A DNA stretch of 64,000 nucleotides, taken from contig JBAXSP010000003.1 of the NCBI GenBank assembly GCA_037130655.1, positions 4,684 through 68,683 of the forward strand, in the 5' to 3' direction. The stretch comes from a bacterium. Lineage in GTDB: Bacteria > Patescibacteriota > Minisyncoccia > Phycocordibacterales > UBA9973. A model generated the notes under the pieces. It worked only from the letters and a program-made list of their open reading frames with translations, was not told the origin of the DNA and did no database searches. Shown piece after piece: positions 37,534-46,022 of this stretch. The position numbers and the translations under genes are program-made. Positions within the stretch are counted from its first letter, which is position 1. Every line of letters begins with the position of its first letter.

Positions 37534-38847
37534 ATGTTTATTACACTTACAAAAAAATATATTTCAATACTGTTGTTAATTTGTTTTTATTTTTCAACTG
37601 CTTCAGCTGGAGAAATGATAAATTTGGATGCTTCAAATTTGGTTGCTCGTTCAGAAATAACAGTTACGCCGAATCAGGCGAGTTTTATAGAGGGCTCTAT
37701 TTTTGATGTGCCTGTTGTGATAAATACAAAAGGAAGGAGTATCAATGCCATTGATTTAAAAATAAACTTTGATCCCAAAAGACTAAGTATTATAAGGCCA
37801 TCAACAGGTAAATCAATTATTGGATTATGGATACAACCACCCTCGTATGACAATACGAAAGGAGTAGTAAGTATTGTAGGTAGTATTCCTGGTGGTATCA
37901 TCTCAGACGCAAGTATCATTAGCACGCTAACATTTCAAGCAAAGGCAACAGGGGTTGCAGAAGTAAGAATAAATGATAGTTCATCAGTACTCGCTAATGA
38001 TGGAGTTGGAACAACAGTTATTTTAAGTTCCAACAGAGGTATATATACCATTCTCCCGAAACCTCCAAGTGGCTTGAATGTATATTCAGATACACATCAA
38101 TTTCAAGATCATTGGTACAACAACAATAGTCCTACTTTTTCTTGGAACAAAGATCCTGGTGTGATTGGTTTTAGTTATATCCTCGACGACAAACCAAATA
38201 CAATACCTGATAACAAAAATAGTACAACTGAATCAGTAAAATCATATGAGAATATATCAGACGGTTTGATGTATTTTCATATCAAAGCATTAAAAGATAA
38301 AAATACATGGGGAAGCACAACACATTATTTATTACGAATTGATACAAAGCCACCAGCTCTGTTTACTCCAAAAGTTGATTATATTATTAATGATGATGGC
38401 ACAAAACGTGCGCTTGTGAGTTTTTTTACATCAGATAATATGTCAGGTATTGACCATTATGAAGTTGGGGTTATTGAAAAAAATCAACCAACAACAGTCA
38501 CTCCTATTTTTGTTAGAACAGAAAGTCCCTATGAAGTACCAAGTGCATCAATAGATGGATCTGTTGTTGTTGTCAGGGCGTATGATTTGGCTGGCAACAG
38601 TGTCGATTCAAAAATTACTCTTCATATGCCCGGAAAACTGCTTTATTGGATTGAGGGTCACGCAACAATACTTTTATTAATTCTTTTGTTGTTAGTGGTT
38701 GCATTTGCGACAACTCACTACTTGTTGGGTCATAAAATTCTAAAAAGAATTAGATTGATTTCTCGTCTTTTGAATAAAAATGATACTGAAAATACACAAG
38801 AATTTTCAAAAGAGGTGAGTTCTATTGAATCAATCAAGGATATATAG
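37534..38847 (+). CDS. cohesin-domain type I membrane protein (cohesin protein 4); full-length paralog of the 32512 gene
   Basis: EGSIFDVPVVINTKGRSINAIDLKINFDPKRLSII...YDNTKGV...LANDGVGT; SGIDHYEVG..ESPYE..AYDLAGN; C-terminal TM. Confidence 0.6.
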   Translation: MFITLTKKYISILLLICFYFSTASAGEMINLDASNLVARSEITVTPNQASFIEGSIFDVPVVINTKGRSINAIDLKINFDPKRLSIIRPSTGKSIIGLWIQPPSYDNTKGVVSIVGSIPGGIISDASIISTLTFQAKATGVAEVRINDSSSVLANDGVGTTVILSSNRGIYTILPKPPSGLNVYSDTHQFQDHWYNNNSPTFSWNKDPGVIGFSYILDDKPNTIPDNKNSTTESVKSYENISDGLMYFHIKALKDKNTWGSTTHYLLRIDTKPPALFTPKVDYIINDDGTKRALVSFFTSDNMSGIDHYEVGVIEKNQPTTVTPIFVRTESPYEVPSASIDGSVVVVRAYDLAGNSVDSKITLHMPGKLLYWIEGHATILLLILLLLVVAFATTHYLLGHKILKRIRLISRLLNKNDTENTQEFSKEVSSIESIKDI

Positions 38848-38852
38848 CACAA

Positions 38853-38888
38853 TAAAAAAAACACTCTCAACACAAGAGTGTTTTTTTA
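38853..38888 (+). terminator. rho-independent terminator after cohesin operon
   Basis: AAAAAAAACACTCT caacaca AGAGTGTTTTTTTAT. Confidence 0.75.
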
Positions 38889-38917
38889 TGCAGTAAATAA
38901 TTGCTATACTGATAAGT

Positions 38918-40033
38918 ATGAAATCAATCAAAGAATGTAAAGACTTGAAAGGAAAGACCGTATTTGTACGAGTAGATTATAATGTCCCGCTGAAAGATGG
39001 AAAAGTGCTGGATGGTTTTCGTATTGACGCATCACTTGCAACAATCAATTTTTTGGTCAAGAAAAAAGCCAAAGTTGTCTTGCTTACGCATATTGGTGAG
39101 GACGGATCAGGAACCTTGATGCCAGTTGCAAAATATTTGAAACGAAAAATTGCGGTGACATTTTGTCCGGCAAAAGAATTGCATGATATAGAACAAGCAG
39201 TTACTAAACTTGCGGCCGGAGAAGTATTACTCCTTGAAAACATCCGACAGTTTGATGGTGAAAAAACAAATGACAAAGCACTCGCAAAAGCTTTTGCTTC
39301 TATGGGGGATATCTTTGTGAATGATGCATTTTCTGTCTCACATCGAAAACACATGAGTGTTGTAGGACTCGCAATGAAATTGCCGTCATATGCAGGTTTT
39401 GCATTGGAACAAGAAGTGAAAACACTTTCACAGGCACTCAAACCAAAACATCCATTCGTGTTTATTTTGGGTGGAGCGAAATTTGATACGAAGTTACCAC
39501 TTTTGAAAAAATACAGTACTAGTAGCGATGTGTTGTTTGTTGGTGGAGCATTGGCAAACAATGTGCTCAAAGAAAAAGGCTATGAAGTAGGCAAGTCTGT
39601 GGTTGATGATACAACCGTCAAAACAAAGTCATTATGGAATAAAAAGAATTTCCTCACACCAATTGACGTCGTAGTGCTACGTGGTAATGAAGCTAAAAAT
39701 GTCGATGTGTCAGAAGTTTTGGAAGGGGATACGATCGTAGACATTGGAAAAGAAACAATCAAACTACTGACACCGGTATTTGCCAAAGCAAAATTGGTTG
39801 TCTGGAATGGTCCGCTTGGTTGGTATGAAAAAGGCTTCGTAAAAGCCACAAAAGATCTGCTCGGAGTAATTAATAAATCAAAAGCACAAGTAATTATCGG
39901 AGGAGGAGATACTGCCTTTTTAGCTCACAAAATGAAGCTTACAAATAAGGTCTTTATTTCAACTGGTGGAGGTGCGACGCTCGATTTCTTGGCAAATGGC
40001 ACATTACCTGGTATTTCGGTTTTGTCGAAATAA
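38918..40033 (+). CDS. pgk: phosphoglycerate kinase
   Basis: N-terminal VRVDYNVPLKDGKV..DGFRIDASLATINFL; 371 aa; PGK hinge and C-domain motifs. Confidence 0.9.
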   Translation: MKSIKECKDLKGKTVFVRVDYNVPLKDGKVLDGFRIDASLATINFLVKKKAKVVLLTHIGEDGSGTLMPVAKYLKRKIAVTFCPAKELHDIEQAVTKLAAGEVLLLENIRQFDGEKTNDKALAKAFASMGDIFVNDAFSVSHRKHMSVVGLAMKLPSYAGFALEQEVKTLSQALKPKHPFVFILGGAKFDTKLPLLKKYSTSSDVLFVGGALANNVLKEKGYEVGKSVVDDTTVKTKSLWNKKNFLTPIDVVVLRGNEAKNVDVSEVLEGDTIVDIGKETIKLLTPVFAKAKLVVWNGPLGWYEKGFVKATKDLLGVINKSKAQVIIGGGDTAFLAHKMKLTNKVFISTGGGATLDFLANGTLPGISVLSK

Positions 40034-40075
40034 TTCGTGGTATACTTTTCTTCAATTAATAAATAATCAATATAT

Positions 40076-40459
40076 ATGGTATTTCTTTCACTGCTCGGTA
40101 TTATTTTGGTTGCAACTATTGTCAGTCAATTAGTTGGTATGATTTGGTACCACACAAAAGTTTTTGGCAAAATTTGGCAAGAACAGACAAACATCGCTTT
40201 CGATAAAAAGACTCAATTGAAATCAATGGGGTATGGTTTTCTTTCAGAATATCTTTTGACTGCAGGATTGTTGCTTGTCGTTGCTTTTACTGGAATGAAT
40301 CCACTGATCGTCGCACTTTGTTTGTGGGTGACAATCATTTTGCCTGTATCTCTCGATGGATTGATTTATGAAAAGAAAAATAAAAAATTGTTTTTCATTG
40401 GTGTCTTTCATCGATTGGTTGCACTCGTTCTATCGTCTGTTGTGTTTATGTTTCTGTAA
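40076..40459 (+). CDS. small membrane protein, DUF1761-like
   Basis: LVATIVSQLVGMIWYHTKVFGKIW pattern; 4 predicted TM helices. Confidence 0.45.
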   Translation: MVFLSLLGIILVATIVSQLVGMIWYHTKVFGKIWQEQTNIAFDKKTQLKSMGYGFLSEYLLTAGLLLVVAFTGMNPLIVALCLWVTIILPVSLDGLIYEKKNKKLFFIGVFHRLVALVLSSVVFMFL

Positions 40460-40495
40460 TTAGTTGTAAGTTTATAGTTTTTAGAACATAGTAAT

Positions 40496-40527
40496 AAAAA
40501 GACGGAGCTGTAAGCTCCGTCTTTTTA
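40496..40527. terminator. bidirectional terminator
   Basis: AAAAAGACGGAGCT gta AGCTCCGTCTTTTT. Confidence 0.75.
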
Positions 40528-40561
40528 TTGGTCATTGGTCAATAGTAATTAGTCATTAATA
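40528..40561. repeat. palindromic element copy c (right array TTGGTCA TTGGTCA ATAGTAA TTAGTCA; left array decayed to ..TAG 7-nt periodicity at 40455-40495)
   Basis: read directly. Confidence 0.55.
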
Positions 40562-40768
40562 TTACAGTCCAAATAGTTCACCAAGTAATTCGTTCCATCG
40601 TTTAGTACACCAAGTAACAATCACAAAACTTGGAATAAAAAGCACTGAAAGGAATATAAAAATAAGTAATTTCCAGAATGTGCTGAAAAGTTTTTTCACG
40701 ATATAACCAAGTTCAGTTCCGATACTCCCGAAAACGTCTTGGACACTTGCTGTTATTTCATCAAACAT
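40562..40768 (-). CDS. small membrane protein, hypothetical
   Basis: 68 aa with TM KLLIFIFLSVLFIPSFVIVTW; ATG at 40768-40766. Confidence 0.35.
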   Translation of the reverse strand: MFDEITASVQDVFGSIGTELGYIVKKLFSTFWKLLIFIFLSVLFIPSFVIVTWCTKRWNELLGELFGL

Positions 40769-40836
40769 TCCATATATATACCCGATATTTGACCAAAAAG
40801 CTACTGAAGTTCATTTTTGGGTGTATACTATGAAGT

Positions 40837-41334
40837 ATGAATATACATCCAATTTTCGTCCATTTTCCAATCGCCTTATTAACTTTTTATGCACTCTTTG
40901 AGGTTTTTGCATGGAAAAAAGTAAAAGCAACCACTTGGTTTATTTATGTCAAAGCAACGCTATTGTTTATTGGTGTACTTTCTGGTTTTGCTGCACTTAA
41001 TACTGGTGGTTCTGCCGAAGATCTTATTGGGAGAAGTAATCTGATTGAAACACATGCAACATTTGCCACTGCAAGTATGTGGTTGTTTGTAATCCTTTCA
41101 CTTGTATATATTATTGGTTTTATTTTGGAAAGTGCATATATTATTAATTTTCCAAAATTACAAAATTTACTAAATGGAATTCAAAACTATATCAACAAAT
41201 TTTATTTTTTAATTCCCGCAATCGCATTTATCGGTCTTATTTTTATAACTATTACCGGCGCACTCGGTGGGGCAATTGTGTACGGTCCTGACATTGATCC
41301 TATCGTGTCTTTTGTCTACCATTTGTTTTTCTAA
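40837..41334 (+). CDS. membrane protein, DUF2231-like
   Basis: MNIHPIFVHFPIALL signature; multiple TM helices. Confidence 0.45.
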   Translation: MNIHPIFVHFPIALLTFYALFEVFAWKKVKATTWFIYVKATLLFIGVLSGFAALNTGGSAEDLIGRSNLIETHATFATASMWLFVILSLVYIIGFILESAYIINFPKLQNLLNGIQNYINKFYFLIPAIAFIGLIFITITGALGGAIVYGPDIDPIVSFVYHLFF

Positions 41335-41391
41335 GTTGTAAAAAATAGCTCAAAGAGGTATAGTTTCTTTTGGATAATAAAAGTACAAAAG

Positions 41392-42069
41392 ATGCAAAAC
41401 CAAAACCATATAGGCATGGGTATGGATGATAATCCTAATCATGTTCATGAAATAGAATCAAAATTTACTGTGACTGATGAGGTCATTGCAATGATTGAAG
41501 ATGTTTATCTTACAGATAAAACAAAGAAATTTGTTGATGTTTATTTTGATTATGATGACAACTCACTTACACAGGCAAATATTTGGCTTCGAATGCGAGA
41601 CAAAGAATTTGAATTAAAATTACCAAATGGTGATATTTCACTAGAAAACAAATCGTTTTCTAGTTATACAGAAATTCTTTCTGTGAATGAAATCGCTACG
41701 TATCTTGATTTGAAACAGCCTTGTTCCGATACTATTACACTACTGCAAGCAATCAAAACAAAAGGAATGAACCCATTTGTTTCGTTGCTGACAAATCGTA
41801 AATCATATATCTTGTATGACTACGGATTAAAGGTTGATATTGATAGGGTACACACCGAAGGTGAAGACGAGATGTTTTTTGATTGTATTATTGGTGAGGT
41901 GGAATTTATTGAAAAAGAAGGAAGTTCTCCACGTGAAGCAATTGAACTTATTTCAAAATTTAAACAGGATTTCAATTTGGATAATGCTCCATATGGAAAA
42001 GTTGCCTTGTATTTACAAGCTAGAAAGCCAGAAGTTTTTAACTTACTGCAATCCAAAGGATTGTGGTAA
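41392..42069 (+). CDS. CYTH-domain protein (CyaB/thiamine-triphosphatase-like)
   Basis: N-terminal ExExK (HEIESKF) and later acidic strands typical of CYTH; weak. Confidence 0.4.
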   Translation: MQNQNHIGMGMDDNPNHVHEIESKFTVTDEVIAMIEDVYLTDKTKKFVDVYFDYDDNSLTQANIWLRMRDKEFELKLPNGDISLENKSFSSYTEILSVNEIATYLDLKQPCSDTITLLQAIKTKGMNPFVSLLTNRKSYILYDYGLKVDIDRVHTEGEDEMFFDCIIGEVEFIEKEGSSPREAIELISKFKQDFNLDNAPYGKVALYLQARKPEVFNLLQSKGLW

Positions 42070-42102
42070 AAAGTTCCCCCGTTAAACGGGGGATTTTTTT
42101 TG
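42070..42102 (+). terminator. rho-independent terminator
   Basis: AAAAGTTCCCCCGTT a AACGGGGGATTTTTTTT. Confidence 0.75.
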
Positions 42103-42162
42103 TTATACTATAGATACAGCTCAGTGAAATTTTACTAATATTAAAAGTAATTAAAAATAAAC

Positions 42163-42753
42163 ATGTCTAAAAAATATATTGCAGAATTTATTGGAACACT
42201 CGGTCTTACACTGATCGTATCACTTGCGATTGGTGGGGGAATATATTCATTACCTGTACCACTTGCAGCAGCATTGTTCGTCATGATGATGGTGTATGTT
42301 ATCGGAGGAATATCTGGTGCGCATTTGAATCCTGCGGTGAGTATTGCGCTTTATGCGAATGGAAAAATCTCTAAGCAAGAGGTTTGGAAATATGTTGGTG
42401 TGCAATTATTCGCAGGTATTGTTGCATTGTTTGTAAGTAAGTTTATTCATCCATTTGGTGCCCCATCAAACACTGTCGTTGTATGGCAAGCTATTGTGGG
42501 TGAATTTGTCGGAGCATTCTTTTTCTTGTTTGGGTTGTCTGCAGTTGCTTATGGAAAAGTTACCAATGGTGCATCAGGGTTTGTTGTCGGTGGATCATTG
42601 CTTTGTGGTCTAATTATCGCAGGACTTGTTGGTTCTCTCGGAATTTTGAACCCAGCAGTTGTGCTTGCACTTGGAATCTTCAAGCTTTCATATTTACTTG
42701 CTTCAGTAGTTGGAGGAATTTGTGGAGTGTGGGTATACAAAAAAATAATGTAA
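42163..42753 (+). CDS. MIP-family channel (aquaporin/glycerol facilitator-like; short, 196 aa)
   Basis: two NPA boxes: HLNPAVSIALY and LNPAVVLALG; 6 TM helices. Confidence 0.75.
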   Translation: MSKKYIAEFIGTLGLTLIVSLAIGGGIYSLPVPLAAALFVMMMVYVIGGISGAHLNPAVSIALYANGKISKQEVWKYVGVQLFAGIVALFVSKFIHPFGAPSNTVVVWQAIVGEFVGAFFFLFGLSAVAYGKVTNGASGFVVGGSLLCGLIIAGLVGSLGILNPAVVLALGIFKLSYLLASVVGGICGVWVYKKIM

Positions 42754-42754
42754 T

Positions 42755-42786
42755 AAAAAAGCATTCCTTACGGAATGCTTTTAAAA
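42755..42786. terminator. bidirectional terminator (aquaporin gene / convergent 42797 gene)
   Basis: AAAAAAGCATTCC ttac GGAATGCTTTTAAAA. Confidence 0.7.
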
Positions 42787-42796
42787 TGATAGTTAC

Positions 42797-43177
42797 TCAA
42801 TTCTGTACAATAATTTTTGCTGTAAAAACCCCAAACTCTTTTGAGAAAACGGGTTTCGAAATTATTTTTACTTTAATTCCTGGTTCTAATAAATCAGCAT
42901 CCAAATAGCTCATTGCAGGTGAATTATATAAATTCATCTCTTTACCTACAATCAAAACATTGTTTTCATATATATCTGAAGGGAATAATGTATCTTTTGT
43001 ATTGTGTAAATAAGGGTGCTGGATTACGTTACTTGTTGCAGAGTCTGCAAAACCAATAACAATGTATCCTTGAAGCGGTTTTGTTTCTTTCGTTGTATTT
43101 GTTTGACCGAAAGAAGTTGTGCTTGTAGCTACTGATAGAACTATCGTTAGAATGATGAGGAACAATTTAAATTTCAT
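42797..43177 (-). CDS. small secreted protein, hypothetical
   Basis: signal peptide MKFKLFLIILTIVLSVATS; no family recognised. Confidence 0.4.
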   Translation of the reverse strand: MKFKLFLIILTIVLSVATSTTSFGQTNTTKETKPLQGYIVIGFADSATSNVIQHPYLHNTKDTLFPSDIYENNVLIVGKEMNLYNSPAMSYLDADLLEPGIKVKIISKPVFSKEFGVFTAKIIVQN

Positions 43178-43252
43178 GTGTGTGTTAATTTATCCGATTG
43201 GATAATAACAAAATAAAAACACTTTGTCAAATATGTCAACAATGTTAAAAAA

Positions 43253-43642
43253 TTATTTTAATTTTTGCGCATACATTTCCATTTCTTCTTTCGATTCATA
43301 GGGATCATGTGGACGGTTTGTTTGAGTTACTCCTTCGTCTAATTTACGTGGAATAAGATGAATATGAAAATGAGGGACTTCGTTTCCAACAATTCCAATC
43401 TGAACAAAATCACAAGGAAGTTGTTTCTTCATATGTTCCATCATTTTTTTTGTTTTTATAAACATACGAGCAATTAATTCTTCTGGAACATCAGTCATCC
43501 ATTTGTAAGGCTCTTTTGTTATTAAAAGAGTGTGTCCTTTTGATACAGGGTTTATGTCCAAAAAAGCGATAGATTCTTCATCTTCATAAACAATAGAAGC
43601 TGGAATTTCTCGCTTGATAATTTTAGTAAATATTGTTTCCAT
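43253..43642 (-). CDS. HIT-family nucleotide hydrolase
   Basis: histidine triad VPHFHIHLIP; KGHTLLITKEP. Confidence 0.8.
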   Translation of the reverse strand: METIFTKIIKREIPASIVYEDEESIAFLDINPVSKGHTLLITKEPYKWMTDVPEELIARMFIKTKKMMEHMKKQLPCDFVQIGIVGNEVPHFHIHLIPRKLDEGVTQTNRPHDPYESKEEMEMYAQKLK

Positions 43643-43734
43643 AAGGCTATTTTAACACAAGAAATAAGCATTTTTGAATATGTTATACTTTTTATACTTT
43701 TAACTTTACGAACCTTATAACTTTCAACTATCTT

Positions 43735-45420
43735 ATGATTTCCGATACCGTTGCAACACTTCTCAAAAAACGACATATTCCGGAATCACAATGGGAGGAA
43801 TTTCTCCGTCCGGATTACAACAAGCTCGGTGATCCACTGCTCATGAAAGATTTGGAAAAAGGCGTTGTACGTCTATTTGAGGCAATTGAAGCCAAAGAAA
43901 AAATTTGTATTTATGCTGACTACGATTGTGACGGTATTCCCGGTGCATCTGCAATGGCGACTTTTTTGAAAAAGGTTTCGCCTGAGTATTTTGAAAAATA
44001 TGTACTCGTCTACATTCCAGACCGTCACGAAGAAGGCTACGGTTTGCATCACGATGCACTGGTTTCGATTATCGACAGTGGGGTGACATTACTCATCACG
44101 ATTGATTTGGGAATTACTGCAATCGAAGAAGTGATATACGCAGAAGGTCGTGGATGTAATGTCATTGTGACCGATCACCACTTACCGAAAGTGCATGATG
44201 ACGGAAGTGATCAGTTGCCACATTGTTTTGCGGTGATTAATCCAAAACGTTCCGACTGTCAGTATCCCGAAAAAATGCTTTGTGGAAGCGGGGTGATTTT
44301 TACTTTTATTAGAGGATTCTTGGATAAATATCGCGAATATTTCAATGTGCATGTTGGCTGGGAAAAATGGTTACTTGATTTTGTTGGTGTTGCAACGCTG
44401 TCTGATATGGTTCCACTCGTTGGTGAAAATAGAATCTTGGCATATTTTGGTATGGAAGTATTGAAACAAAACAAACGTCTCGGATTCAAGGCGTTGTTCA
44501 AAAGTGCTCGGATGGACGTGCGATATATGACTGAAGAAGATGTGGCTTTTACCATTGCACCACGAATCAATGCTGCATCTCGAATGGATAAACCAATCTG
44601 CGCGTATCATTTACTTGTGGCTGATACTGATATAGAAGCTGATATTCACGCCAGTCATTTATCAAAAATTAATGACACCCGCAAATCTGAAGTCGCACGC
44701 ATCATGAAAGAAGTACACAAAGAACTTGATCCGGCGCACGAACAAGGACTCACTCCTTCTGTCGTAGTTATTGGAAATCCATTGTGGCGTGTCGGTGTGC
44801 TTGGCTTGGTGGCATCAAAGATTGTTGAAAAATACGGACGTTCAGCGTTTGTCTGGGGAAGAGAAGGTGGTGAGTCAATCAAGGGGTCTTGCCGAAGTGA
44901 TGGCACCGTGCACGTTGTAGAACTCATGAGAGCGCTTCCAGAAGGAATATTGCTTGCTCATGGCGGTCACGTTGGAGCTGGCGGATTTACGGTCAGTAAC
45001 GAAGGAGTTTTTTCTTTGAGAGAATCACTCATCACCTCATTTGAAACAAGTACACCAATCAGCAAAGAAACAATAACCAATTTTGATCTAGAATTGCCGT
45101 TGTCGAAAATCGACAAAAATCTATACAAAGATATTCGAACACTTGCACCGTTTGGTGAAGCGAATAAAAATCCAATCTTTAGGATTACTGATGCGAGAAT
45201 AAAAGCAGTGAAAAACTTTGGTAAAGAAACAAATCATTTGGAAGTTATATTTGAAGACAGTGCTGGACGGGAAGTGAAGTCAATTCAGTTTTTCAAAACG
45301 ATTGCTGACTATGCAGAAAAGATTACTGTCGGAAACACGCCAACAATATTAGGAACAGTAGAGTTAGATACTTTTGCAAGATTCCAACCGGCTAGGCTTC
45401 GTATAATCGATATATTATAA
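43735..45420 (+). CDS. recJ: single-stranded-DNA-specific exonuclease RecJ
   Basis: DHH motifs IYADYDCDGI, ITIDLG, VTDHHLP; DHHA1 GGHVGAGG. Confidence 0.8.
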   Translation: MISDTVATLLKKRHIPESQWEEFLRPDYNKLGDPLLMKDLEKGVVRLFEAIEAKEKICIYADYDCDGIPGASAMATFLKKVSPEYFEKYVLVYIPDRHEEGYGLHHDALVSIIDSGVTLLITIDLGITAIEEVIYAEGRGCNVIVTDHHLPKVHDDGSDQLPHCFAVINPKRSDCQYPEKMLCGSGVIFTFIRGFLDKYREYFNVHVGWEKWLLDFVGVATLSDMVPLVGENRILAYFGMEVLKQNKRLGFKALFKSARMDVRYMTEEDVAFTIAPRINAASRMDKPICAYHLLVADTDIEADIHASHLSKINDTRKSEVARIMKEVHKELDPAHEQGLTPSVVVIGNPLWRVGVLGLVASKIVEKYGRSAFVWGREGGESIKGSCRSDGTVHVVELMRALPEGILLAHGGHVGAGGFTVSNEGVFSLRESLITSFETSTPISKETITNFDLELPLSKIDKNLYKDIRTLAPFGEANKNPIFRITDARIKAVKNFGKETNHLEVIFEDSAGREVKSIQFFKTIADYAEKITVGNTPTILGTVELDTFARFQPARLRIIDIL

Positions 45421-45427
45421 TTACTCT

Positions 45428-45973
45428 ATGAAAAATACGAACAAAATTATTGTTTACACCGACGGTTCATCAAAAGGCAACCCAGGTCCAGGAGGATACG
45501 GAGCAGTCATTGCTTTTCCTGCAGGAGCAACTGGACCACTTGCATCAGTCGTTGAGCTCGGTGGACATCAAAGTCAAACAACAAACAACCGAATGGAAAT
45601 CACTGGCCCGCTTCGTGCACTCGAATTCATTCGTTCTGGAGTTGCAAATCTTGGTGAATATACCGTTGAAATCAATTTGGATTCACAATATACGCTTTCA
45701 GGTATTACCGAATGGATCCACAACTGGAAGAAGAATGGCTGGAAAACCGCCAACAAAAAACCAGTGCTCAATCAAGATCTTTGGGAAGAATTGCATGATA
45801 TTGTCGATGGATGGAACGGGAAGCTTTCTTGGAAAAAGGTCAAAGGTCATGCGGGAGTTTCTTTGAATGAACGTGTTGATATTATTGCAACCACTTGTGC
45901 AGATACTGGAAGTTGTGAATTATATTCTGGTCCAATGAGTGAGTATACAGAAAAAATTGATTTAGAAGAGTAG
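45428..45973 (+). CDS. rnhA: ribonuclease HI
   Basis: IVYTDGSSKGNPGPGGYGAVI, TNNRMEI, DSQYTL, WKKVKGHAG, NERVD (DEDD catalytic set). Confidence 0.85.
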   Translation: MKNTNKIIVYTDGSSKGNPGPGGYGAVIAFPAGATGPLASVVELGGHQSQTTNNRMEITGPLRALEFIRSGVANLGEYTVEINLDSQYTLSGITEWIHNWKKNGWKTANKKPVLNQDLWEELHDIVDGWNGKLSWKKVKGHAGVSLNERVDIIATTCADTGSCELYSGPMSEYTEKIDLEE

Positions 45974-45974
45974 A

Positions 45975-46016
45975 AAAAACGGGCGCAATTTCCTTTGGAA
46001 ATTGCGCCCGTTTTTG
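45975..46016 (+). terminator. rho-independent terminator after rnhA
   Basis: AAAAACGGGCGCAATTTCC ttt GGAAATTGCGCCCGTTTTTG. Confidence 0.8.
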
Positions 46017-46022
46017 TATAGC

